A stretch of DNA of 64,000 nucleotides from Candidatus Magasanikbacteria bacterium CG10_big_fil_rev_8_21_14_0_10_36_32. Lineage in GTDB: Bacteria > Patescibacteriota > Patescibacteriia > Magasanikbacterales > GWA2-37-8. The translations under genes and the position numbers were made by a program. The first letter of the stretch is position 1; every line of letters begins with the position of its first letter. This document shows positions 10,062 through 19,215 of this stretch, piece by piece. Below the pieces are notes generated by a model. That model searched no databases, was not told the origin of the DNA, and saw only the letters and a program-made list of their open reading frames with translations. Location: the NCBI GenBank assembly GCA_002778465.1, contig PFBV01000003.1:87736-151735 (forward strand), read 5' to 3'.

Positions 10062-10434
10062 TCATAGCTATAAGCCGAATTCTGTTCCCCCCGAAAGGGT
10101 GATAATCATTTCTCTAGTTGCATCATTACTGACACAATCATCAGCGAGCGAACTTTTTATCCCGACGTGAAGTCGGGACTCTGCTCTTGCACGCGAGTAA
10201 GGATTTTGCCGTTTCACCTTCAATCTTCTTTTCCCCCGATCAAAGTTAAGCTGTTATTCCTGATTAAACAAGAACATGGGATTTAGCTTTCCTTAGCCTT
10301 TCGGCTTTGGACGTTTCTGTTCGCACCTCTTGGATCGCTCCAGACGGGCGTTACCCGCTACTTTTGCCACAAATGAGCGGCTGCGTGTTCGGACTTTCCT
10401 CCCTAATAAATTAGGACGATTATCCACTATGAAC
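10062..10434 (-). ncRNA. rnpB: RNase P RNA (bacterial type A-like).
   Basis: The minus-strand read contains GGAGGAAAGTCCGAACAC (P4 5' strand) ... GGTAACGCCCG ... ACAGAAACG ... ACAGAATTCGGCTTATAGC (P4 3' strand ACAGAAnnCGGCTTA). The P1 helix pairs gttcatag with ctatgaa. A perfect promoter places the TSS at about 10434. Confidence 0.85.
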
Positions 10435-10440
10435 AGGTCT

Positions 10441-10502
10441 ATTATAGCACATTTTTAAGGTTTTGTCAATCCTTGACAAAAAACAAAAATCATGATAATT
10501 CT
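10441..10502. promoter_or_regulatory. Divergent back-to-back promoters. The minus-strand one (TTGACA-17-TATAAT) drives rnpB and the plus-strand one (TTGACA-15/17-GATAAT/TAATTC) drives the HD-domain gene. They share the palindrome TTGTCAAtccTTGACAA.
   Basis: On the minus strand, ttgaca (rc of 10464-10469) + 17 nt + tataat (rc of 10441-10446) sits 6 nt before the RNase P 5' end. On the plus strand, ttgaca at 10474-10479 is followed by gataat. Confidence 0.7.
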
Positions 10503-10539
10503 ACCTTAGTAATTTACCTCCAAACAAGGAGAAAAAATA

Positions 10540-11607
10540 ATGAAATCCGTTCTTTACAAAAAAATCAAAGAATGCAAGGGATGTTTATCTCATCTTCGAA
10601 TGTCCGAAGAAATAGCCACGCGCAAAAAAATAGACTCGCCTACCATGGTATTACTTGATGAATCACCTTTTGCTCAGGATCGCGACAGAATTCTAAAAAG
10701 TCAAGCTCTGCGTCGGCTGAGCGGTATTTGTCATGTTTTTCCATTACCCGACAATATCTATATCCGCAACCGGCTGACCCACACACTGGAAGTAGAAAGT
10801 GTCGCGGTCAAAATAGCTCATCTGCTCGGCATTAACGAAAAAATTTGCAGCGCGGCCGCTCTTGGCCACGATATCGGCCATACTCCATTCGGTCATGTCG
10901 GCGAAGATTTTATAACTGACATAACCGGACGTAAATTCCGGCACGAAGTTTTTTCAGTCATCGTCGCTCAGCAAGTGGAACGGCGTGGTCATGGTCTGAA
11001 TCTGACCAAACAAACGCTGGAAGGAATGTTTTATCACTCACGCGGCGGCGGAAAACTTTATTTGTCCAAAGTGCCAGAATATGATGTAGTGATGCTGGCC
11101 GACAAGCTGGCATACCTACTTATTTCTGACATTGAAGATATGTTCCGCTACGGCTATTTGCAATGCAAAAACTTTCCCGAATTGTCTAGAGTACTAAATT
11201 CGTTCGGCGCAAATCCGACTCAACGCATCAACACCTGTGTAGCACATCTTTGCTTGGAATCAGCAACTAAGGGTTATGTTTCTTTTTCTGATTCATCGGT
11301 CGCCCAACGGTTTGACGAACTCAAAGACTTGGCACATCTTGCTTACAAACGAATCAATCGCATTGATCGCAAACTTTGCCCGAAACACTTGGAAAGCGCC
11401 TATACCAATATCGCTCTGACCGTCAAAGATGTAGATCCGGCAATAGTTTTGGCATTGATGACCGACCAAGATGTAATAAAACTTTCACAAACCACTACCA
11501 ACACAAAAACGATAATCAAAACTATGCATTCTTTGCCTGTTTGGGAAATTATACAACCAATTCGCGGCAAGCGTATTGACTTCACCAAACCCAATCTGGA
11601 TTGGTAA
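10540..11607 (+). CDS. dGTP triphosphohydrolase-like HD-domain phosphohydrolase.
   Basis: LTHTLEVESVAVKIAHLLGI...GHDIGHTPFGH is the dGTPase-family HD motif. 355 aa. Confidence 0.75.
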   Translation: MKSVLYKKIKECKGCLSHLRMSEEIATRKKIDSPTMVLLDESPFAQDRDRILKSQALRRLSGICHVFPLPDNIYIRNRLTHTLEVESVAVKIAHLLGINEKICSAAALGHDIGHTPFGHVGEDFITDITGRKFRHEVFSVIVAQQVERRGHGLNLTKQTLEGMFYHSRGGGKLYLSKVPEYDVVMLADKLAYLLISDIEDMFRYGYLQCKNFPELSRVLNSFGANPTQRINTCVAHLCLESATKGYVSFSDSSVAQRFDELKDLAHLAYKRINRIDRKLCPKHLESAYTNIALTVKDVDPAIVLALMTDQDVIKLSQTTTNTKTIIKTMHSLPVWEIIQPIRGKRIDFTKPNLDW

Positions 11608-11617
11608 TTAAATCCCC

Positions 11618-11652
11618 CGTTCTTTTAACCCCGTCGTTTGACGGGGTTTTTA
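11618..11652 (+). terminator. Rho-independent terminator.
   Basis: ccccgtcgtttgacgggg followed by a T-run. Confidence 0.65.
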
Positions 11653-11713
11653 TTTTTTACGTTTGACTTAAACCAATGTTTTAGCGTAAAATAATGATAA
11701 TACTCATTATTTT

Positions 11714-13129
11714 ATGAAACGTTTTGAACTGTTTTTTGCCCTCATTCAACTGCCTATTGACTACGCCATGCTGGTGTTAGCCGGTTTTACTGCTTACGCT
11801 TTGCGTTTTACCGAAACAGTTCAATCTATCCGTCCTGTTATCTTTGATTTAGTATGGTCCGCATATTGGCCGGCGTTATTTATTGTAGCATTAGGATGGC
11901 TGATAATTATGGCCGCTTCCGGACTTTATTCCATTAATCCAAACCGTAAACTGGCCGTTGAGTTGACCCGTGTTTTTTTTGCTTGCGCCGCCGGATTTGC
12001 CGCTATTACCATTTTCGTATTTTTCACTTTGCATAAATTTGACTCCAGATTCTTGGTTTTGGCCGGTTGGATATTTGCCGTTATTTATGTCAGTGTAAGC
12101 CGTATACTAATTCGGCTGATTAAAATATATTGTTATAAACATAACTTCGGACAAAGAAAAACAATTTTAATCGGACAACCGTCAGCAGTAGAACAATTAA
12201 AGAAAATTTTTATAAATCGCCCGAGTTTAGGTTATACTTTGCTTGGTGTTTATAATAATTTTAATGCAACCGCCGCCGAAATGATTTTACAAACAATGCC
12301 TGATGAAATAATTTTTGCCGATCCGCCGGTTAATGATGAAAATACTCTGCAAGCCGCTCATTTTGCCAACGAACATCATATCACTTTTAAATACTCAGCT
12401 GATTTTTTTGCCACCATTTCAACCAATCTGGCGGTTTCCACTGTCGGTGGAATTCCAATAATTGAAATACGGCGAACATCACTAACTGGCTGGGGAAGAA
12501 TTTTTAAAAGAATAATGGATATTATTTTCAGCTCTTTGTTAATTATTTTATTTTCACCTTTTTACTTAATAATCTCAATAATTATTTTATTGGAAACAGG
12601 ACGTCCGATTTTTTACAAAAATAAACGCGTCGGCCAAGCCGGAAAAAACTTTTTTGTGTTAAAATTCCGTTCTATGTATCAAAAAGATTGTACTGAACAA
12701 TCAGGACAAAATAATGGCCAAGCTTTATTAAAAGAAGAAGAATTAATAAAAGAACAAAGCATTAAAGATGGGCCTGTTTATAAAATAAAGAATGACCCAC
12801 GCATCACTGCTTTCGGACGATTGATTCGTAAATGGAGTTTGGATGAAATACCTCAATTCTTCAATGTTTTAAAAGGAGAAATGAGTTTAGTTGGACCACG
12901 CCCTCATCAACCGCGAGAAGTGGAAAAATATCAATCTTGGCAACGCAATGTGTTAACTATCAAACCGGGTATTACCGGCTTAGCTCAAATTTCCGGTCGA
13001 AGCGATCTGACTTTTGATGAAGAAGCGCGGTTGGATATTTTTTATATTGAACATTGGGGTTCGTTGATGGACAGCATAATTTTAATTAAAACACCATTTG
13101 TGGTACTAACAAAAAAAGGAGCATTATAA
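11714..13129 (+). CDS. Polyprenyl-phosphate sugar phosphotransferase (bacterial sugar transferase, WbaP/CpsE-like) that initiates polysaccharide synthesis.
   Basis: N-terminal multi-TM region plus the C-terminal conserved block [15 protein letters not shown]...[34 protein letters not shown]. Confidence 0.85.
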   Translation: [471 protein letters not shown]

Positions 13130-13132
13130 AAC

Positions 13133-14254
13133 ATGAAAATTGCTTTAGTACACGACTATTTATCACAAGATGGAGGGGCAGAACGAGTTCTTAAGGCCTT
13201 CCATGAAATTTGGCCGGAAGCGCCGATTTTTGTTTTATTTCACGATAAGAAAAAAATAAATTATTTAAACCCAGAAAATATCCGCCAATCATTCTTGTCA
13301 AAATTACCATTAGTTAAATCTCTATTCCAATGGTATTTACCATTAATGCCGGCCGCCACCGAACATCACCATTTAAAAAATTTTGATTTGGTTTTATCAT
13401 CCACCAGTGCTTTTGCTAAAGGCGTAATCACCGCTCCGGAAGCTTTACATGTTTCCTATTGCCACACTCCACCGCGATATCTGTGGGCCGATGCGCATGA
13501 TTATTTAGAAAATTTAAAACGGGGTTCGTTGATTAATGCTATATTAAATAACACAATTCATAAACTGCGGTTATGGGATAAAATGAGCGCGGACCGAGTT
13601 GATTACTTTATTGCTAATTCAAAAACCGTCCAACAACGCATTCAAAAATATTATCGCCGCTTAAGCGACGTGATTTATCCTCCGGCTGACACTGATAAAT
13701 TTTATATTTCTCCTAAAATAGAAAATTATTTCGTAGCTGGCGGACGACTTGTCCCGTATAAACGTCTAGATTTAACTGTAAAAGTATTTAACCGTTTAAA
13801 AATTCCGCTCAAAATATTCGGCACCGGTCCGGAATTGCCTTATCTCAAAAAAATAGCCAAACCAAATATTGAATTTTTAGGACGAATAAGCGAAGCTGAA
13901 AAAGCTCGACTATTAAGTCGCTCTTTGGCTTTTATTCATCCGCAACTTGAAGATTTTGGCATTACACCGATTGAAGCAATGGCTTCGGGAAGACCGGTAA
14001 TTGCTTACGGTGTTGGCGGAGCCACTGAAACTGTTATTCCCAATGAAACAGGCGTTTTTTTCCGCGAACAAACCTGGGAATCATTGTTGGATACTATCAT
14101 TAATTTTGAACCGCAAAATTGGGATAGCGCCAAAATACGCGAACACGCACTACAATTTTCTTTAGATAATTTTAAAAATAATATTCAAAAATACGTTTTA
14201 GACAGATATGAAGAATTTAAAAAAGGAATGAATCAAGAACCGTTGATAAAATAA
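13133..14254 (+). CDS. Glycosyltransferase family 4.
   Basis: GT4 C-terminal signature region ...IHPQLEDFGITPIEAMASGRPVIAYGVGGATETV. Confidence 0.8.
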   Translation: MKIALVHDYLSQDGGAERVLKAFHEIWPEAPIFVLFHDKKKINYLNPENIRQSFLSKLPLVKSLFQWYLPLMPAATEHHHLKNFDLVLSSTSAFAKGVITAPEALHVSYCHTPPRYLWADAHDYLENLKRGSLINAILNNTIHKLRLWDKMSADRVDYFIANSKTVQQRIQKYYRRLSDVIYPPADTDKFYISPKIENYFVAGGRLVPYKRLDLTVKVFNRLKIPLKIFGTGPELPYLKKIAKPNIEFLGRISEAEKARLLSRSLAFIHPQLEDFGITPIEAMASGRPVIAYGVGGATETVIPNETGVFFREQTWESLLDTIINFEPQNWDSAKIREHALQFSLDNFKNNIQKYVLDRYEEFKKGMNQEPLIK

Positions 14255-14292
14255 TTTAAAAAATTTAAATTTGAATATAAAATAATACGATT

Positions 14293-15456
14293 ATGAATAT
14301 CGGCATTGATATTCGTCCAATGATGACCTCGCCGCGAACCGGGGTTGGCGAATACACATTTGAACTTCTTGACGCCGTGTTTAAAATTGACCAAAACAAT
14401 CAATATTTTTTGTATTACAACGCTTCCAAACAAACTTCAACCAATCTGCCAACTTGGAATCAACCCAATGTACATTATGTCATCACTCATTATCCAAATA
14501 AATTATTTAATAGCGCCATTAAATTATTAAGCCGACCACGACTGGACAAAATCATCTCTAAAAAATGCAACTTAACAAACGGCCTGGATTGTTTTTATTC
14601 ACCAAATTTAAATTTTGTTTCACTATCGTCAAAAACTAAATATATTTTAACCATACATGATTTATCTTTTGAATTTTTTCCAGAATTTTTTTCAAAAAAA
14701 CAAATATTATGGCATGGAGCGGTAAATCCCAAAAAACAATGCCAGCGCGCTGATACTATTTTAGCTCCGTCTGAAAATACCAAGCGTGATATTATGAATT
14801 ATTATAAAATTGAAGAAAAAAAAATAAAAGTGATTTATCCGGGTTTATCACCGATATTTAATTCAATCAACAATGAACAGCTGTCAACAAATAAGGAGTC
14901 GGTAAAACAAAAATATAACCTGCCGAATCACTATATTTTATTTTTAGGCACGATTGAACCGAGAAAAAATATTGTCGGACTAATTGAAGCTTTTGAAAAA
15001 GTTTATTCCAATTTGCCAATTCCCCACCATTTAATTATTGCCGGAGCCAACGGTTGGAGTAATAAAGAAATTTTCAATCGAGCCGCTTACTCTCCAATTA
15101 AAGATCATATAAAATTTATCGGTTATATAAATTCCGAAGATAAACCGGCTTTATATTCCAACGCCTCACTATTCATTTATCCCAGTTTTTACGAGGGCTT
15201 TGGTTTTCCGGCACTTGAAGCAATGGCAATGGGCGCGCCGGTAATTACTTCCAATCGTTCGTCGCTTTTAGAAGTAGCCGGCGATGCCGCATATTTGATA
15301 AATCCTCTGCAAACCAACTCAATAATTCAAGCAATTTTAGATATTTTAAACAAACCAGAATTAAGAGCGCGATTAATTAAAAAAGGCCGCGAACGGGCTC
15401 AATTATTTTCCTGGGAAAAAGCGGCTAAAGAATGGATTACAACAATTACTAATTAA
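14293..15456 (+). CDS. Glycosyltransferase family 4.
   Basis: [40 protein letters not shown] is the EX7E GT4 motif. Confidence 0.8.
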   Translation: MNIGIDIRPMMTSPRTGVGEYTFELLDAVFKIDQNNQYFLYYNASKQTSTNLPTWNQPNVHYVITHYPNKLFNSAIKLLSRPRLDKIISKKCNLTNGLDCFYSPNLNFVSLSSKTKYILTIHDLSFEFFPEFFSKKQILWHGAVNPKKQCQRADTILAPSENTKRDIMNYYKIEEKKIKVIYPGLSPIFNSINNEQLSTNKESVKQKYNLPNHYILFLGTIEPRKNIVGLIEAFEKVYSNLPIPHHLIIAGANGWSNKEIFNRAAYSPIKDHIKFIGYINSEDKPALYSNASLFIYPSFYEGFGFPALEAMAMGAPVITSNRSSLLEVAGDAAYLINPLQTNSIIQAILDILNKPELRARLIKKGRERAQLFSWEKAAKEWITTITN

Positions 15457-15457
15457 T

Positions 15458-16597
15458 ATGCACATTGGAATAGACGCTAGAATGTACGGCTCAAAACAAG
15501 GCGGGCTTGGTCGTTACATTCAACAACTTATAAAACATCTTGAAAAAACAGACACGAAACATAATTTCGTAATTTTTTTACGTCAAGAAAACTGGCATGA
15601 ATATGAACCAGCCAATCATAATTTTAAAAAAGTTCTAGCTGATATTCCGTGGTACGGCTGGCGCGAACAACTGCTTTTGCCAAAAATTATCAAAAAAGAA
15701 AAAATTAATTTGATGCATTTTCCACATTGGAATATTCCTATTTTTTATAATCAACCTTTCGTGGTAACCATTCATGATTTGCTTCTACTCCATTATCCAA
15801 CTCGTAAAGCCAGTACTCTCAGTCCGATTTCTTATTTTTTAAAAAATATCGCCTTTCGTTTTGCTTTATGTCACGCCATAAAAAAATCAAAAAACATAAT
15901 CACTCCGTGTAAATTTACAAAAAATGATATCTTAAAACATTTTGATGTCCCTGCAAAAAAAATTAATGCCGTCCATCTGGGGATTTCTAATTTTCAAATA
16001 GATTCCCTACCTACCGACAAACAGGATTCAAATTCAACCAAAATAACAAAAAAATATAGCATCACTAAACCTTATATTTTATATGTTGGCGTTGCCTATC
16101 CGCATAAAAATTTAGAAGGATTAATGCGCGCTTGGAAAATTTTTGAAGAAAAATACAATGATAATTATCAGCTTATTTTGGCTGGCAAAAAAAATTATTT
16201 TTATAAACAATTAATACAAGATAAACAATTACAAAATAAAGACATAATTTTTACCGATTTTGTTCCTGACAACGAACTGCCGGAATTGTATAAAAATGCT
16301 TCACTTTACGCATTTCCCAGTTTTTATGAAGGTTTCGGTTTACCGCCATTAGAAGCCATGTCATATGATATACCGATTGCATCTTCGGACCGTTCTTGTT
16401 TGCCTGAAATTTTACAAAATGCGGCTATTTATTTTAATCCGGAAAAACCTGAAGAAATAGCCAAAATCTTACATTATCTATTGACTGATATTGCCACTCG
16501 CGATCGCTTAATTACCAACGGCCGACAATTAATTAAAAAATACTCTTGGGACAACACCGCCAAAAGAACTTTAGAAATATATCAAGATAGTGTATAA
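15458..16597 (+). CDS. Glycosyltransferase family 4.
   Basis: [35 protein letters not shown]. Contiguous with the two upstream GT4 genes. Confidence 0.8.
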   Translation: MHIGIDARMYGSKQGGLGRYIQQLIKHLEKTDTKHNFVIFLRQENWHEYEPANHNFKKVLADIPWYGWREQLLLPKIIKKEKINLMHFPHWNIPIFYNQPFVVTIHDLLLLHYPTRKASTLSPISYFLKNIAFRFALCHAIKKSKNIITPCKFTKNDILKHFDVPAKKINAVHLGISNFQIDSLPTDKQDSNSTKITKKYSITKPYILYVGVAYPHKNLEGLMRAWKIFEEKYNDNYQLILAGKKNYFYKQLIQDKQLQNKDIIFTDFVPDNELPELYKNASLYAFPSFYEGFGLPPLEAMSYDIPIASSDRSCLPEILQNAAIYFNPEKPEEIAKILHYLLTDIATRDRLITNGRQLIKKYSWDNTAKRTLEIYQDSV

Positions 16598-16668
16598 TAT
16601 AGAGAGTAAACTTATTTTGTCTGAATTTTACTCAAACTTGATAAAAAAATAATTCTAATTTTCTGCTC

Positions 16669-19164
16669 ATGTCAGCGATAAAAAGACCACAATTGCGTTC
16701 CTGTACTTTTTGCCACAAGCCGGGACACAATAAAGCCACTTGCCCTGATTATAATTCCGCTCCAATATTGCCAGCCAAAAAACCGGCGGTCAAAGTTGTA
16801 ATTCACGGGCGAATACCATTCTCAACACAATCTCCTCACCTGCTTAATCTAAAAACTCAAAAAAATCCTTGGCTTAAAATTACTTCATCCTCTCCTGAAA
16901 AAAATACTTCTCTTTTTCAACATTATCACGAAGTAAAAGAAACAAAAAAAATTTTAAATAATCAATTTGAAAAAAAATTACCTTCTAATTTACCAAAAAT
17001 AAATTTGCGAAAAAAAATAAATAATTTACGTGACATTATAATAAAAAAATTAAAACGCAAATATAATTCTTCCGGATTAAATTTATCATCTGAACTTCCA
17101 AAAACAAAAAGAGAAAATAATTCCATAAAAAAAATAATCTCAAACTATTTAACTTCCTGGAAAACATCTGGGCGTCCGGCCTTTGTTTTGGCTATGGCAA
17201 TTTTAATATTTTTAGTTTTACCGATTCAAGCACACACCTTTTATCAAAATCTTAAGTCCACAACTCAAGCCGTGGCCGCTAATGGCACTGAAGGATTTTT
17301 AGCTCTCCAAGAATCAACCGCCGCCATAATGACAGCCGACTTGTCCGGGGCAGCGAACTCAACCAACAGCGCTTTAAATAAATTAAACAGTGCTGTTGAT
17401 ATTTTAAATACCAATCATAAATTACTTCTTAAAATTGCCTCCGTCGTGCCAATTGTCAGCCGAGAAGTACAAAGCCGGCAAAATATCATTACCGCCGGAC
17501 AAAAAATCGCACAAGGAAATTCCTTTTTAATTATGGGAATTAATTCCAGTCAAAAAAATCCTGAAGATTCATTAACACGGAGAATTTCCATTCTGACAAA
17601 ATATCTTCAAGTTGCCTTGCCTAATTATCAGGCTGCTTTAAAAGATTTAAGCAATATTGATTCAACAGTTTTACCACTGCAATACCAATCACTTTTTAAT
17701 GATTTTCGATTATTATTTGCCGGCGTTTTGAATGATTTGGATAATTTATCTGATTTGGGACAAACAATTCAAGAGGTTTTCGGAGGACAAGGTCTGCGTC
17801 GCTATCTTTTAATATTTCAAAATCCTCATGAAATTCGTCCAACCGGAGGTTTTATTGGAAGTTTCGCCATTATGGACATTAAGGATGGAAAAGTTACTAA
17901 TTTAGAAGTTCCAGCCGGAGGTTCATATGATTTACAAGGTCAACTTGATCAATTTGTTGAACCGCCAACACCATTGTTGTTAGCTAATAAACGTTGGGAA
18001 TTTCAAGACGCAAATTGGTTTCCTGATTTTCCGACCAGTGCTGAAAAAATGTTATGGTTTTATCGCCACTCTCGCCAATTAACCGCTGATGGCGTAATCG
18101 CTGTTAATGCAACCGTATTAGAACGGTTATTATCTATAATCGGTCCTGTAACAGATGAGGAACGTTCATTAACCCTGTCCGCCAATAATGCTATTGCCAC
18201 CATTCAAACAGTGGTGGAAGAAGGACCAGAAAAACAACAACGCAAACCTAAACAAATTTTAACCGATTTGGCCCCAAAACTTCTTCAACAAACAACTGAA
18301 ATCAAACCCGATCAGGCTTTGCCTTTGCTTTTAAGTATTTCAGAAGCTTTAAAACAAAAAGAAATTCAGGCTTATTTTACCGACAATGACGCTCAAAAAA
18401 CAGTGTCTTCTTTTGGTTGGGCCGGAAAAATTTTACAAACACGTGAAAATCAAGATTATCTTTTTATAGTTAACACTAATATCCGCGGGGAAAAAAGCGA
18501 TGCTGAAATTAAACAAACAATCAGTCATCAAGCGGTAATACAAGAAAATGGAGAAGTGATAAATATGGTAACAATCACTCGTGAACATTCCGGAATTCGC
18601 GGAGAAAAACTTTATGGAGCGACTAATATTGATTATCTAAGAATTTATGTGCCTGCAGGAAGTGAATTGATTTCAGTCAGCGGTTTTTCGTGGCCTGACG
18701 AAAAAACTTTTCGCGTGCCGGACAAGTGGACGACTAAAGATGAATTTATTCAAACTATTGAAAAAGAAATCAAAATTGACGACAATAGCGGCACTCGCGT
18801 CACTTCAGAATTTGGAAAAACCGCTTTCGGTAATTGGATTATTACGGAACCGGGTCAAATTTCTCAAATTCAATTTACCTACATCCTCCCTTTTAAAGTA
18901 TTCAACACTGAGGAAAATTTAAAATTATTATCATTTAAAAAAATATTGAATTCAACAAATCAATCCGCGCATTACCAATTGGCGGTTCAACGTCAATCTG
19001 GTGTGGAAACAAATTTTGATAGTCAAATAATTTTTCCAAATACATGGAAAACCACATGGAATGACGGAGAAAATTCTTTACCTGCTCTTAATGGTATGAC
19101 TATTACCGCTCATCCTTTAGAGTATGACGGAATTTGGAGTTTGTTAACACAAAAAGAAAAATAA
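16669..19164 (+). CDS. Large membrane-anchored hypothetical protein (831 aa). It has an N-terminal CCHC zinc-knuckle-like motif, a Lys/Asn-rich cytoplasmic segment, one TM helix and a ~640-aa extracytoplasmic domain.
   Basis: CTFCHKPGHNKATC has the C-x2-C-x4-H-x4-C spacing. The TM segment is RPAFVLAMAILIFLVLPI. It sits directly downstream of the glycosylation cluster. Confidence 0.6.
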   Translation: MSAIKRPQLRSCTFCHKPGHNKATCPDYNSAPILPAKKPAVKVVIHGRIPFSTQSPHLLNLKTQKNPWLKITSSSPEKNTSLFQHYHEVKETKKILNNQFEKKLPSNLPKINLRKKINNLRDIIIKKLKRKYNSSGLNLSSELPKTKRENNSIKKIISNYLTSWKTSGRPAFVLAMAILIFLVLPIQAHTFYQNLKSTTQAVAANGTEGFLALQESTAAIMTADLSGAANSTNSALNKLNSAVDILNTNHKLLLKIASVVPIVSREVQSRQNIITAGQKIAQGNSFLIMGINSSQKNPEDSLTRRISILTKYLQVALPNYQAALKDLSNIDSTVLPLQYQSLFNDFRLLFAGVLNDLDNLSDLGQTIQEVFGGQGLRRYLLIFQNPHEIRPTGGFIGSFAIMDIKDGKVTNLEVPAGGSYDLQGQLDQFVEPPTPLLLANKRWEFQDANWFPDFPTSAEKMLWFYRHSRQLTADGVIAVNATVLERLLSIIGPVTDEERSLTLSANNAIATIQTVVEEGPEKQQRKPKQILTDLAPKLLQQTTEIKPDQALPLLLSISEALKQKEIQAYFTDNDAQKTVSSFGWAGKILQTRENQDYLFIVNTNIRGEKSDAEIKQTISHQAVIQENGEVINMVTITREHSGIRGEKLYGATNIDYLRIYVPAGSELISVSGFSWPDEKTFRVPDKWTTKDEFIQTIEKEIKIDDNSGTRVTSEFGKTAFGNWIITEPGQISQIQFTYILPFKVFNTEENLKLLSFKKILNSTNQSAHYQLAVQRQSGVETNFDSQIIFPNTWKTTWNDGENSLPALNGMTITAHPLEYDGIWSLLTQKEK

Positions 19165-19215
19165 AAATTTAATTATAAAAATTTTCCGCCATCAAGCGGA
19201 ATTCCGCCAAAAGCG

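Noticed and set aside
10473-10658. 61-aa ORF overlapping the promoter and start of the HD-domain gene.
   Set aside because: It is in a different frame from the clearly conserved dGTPase-like ORF beginning at 10540 and has no coding features.
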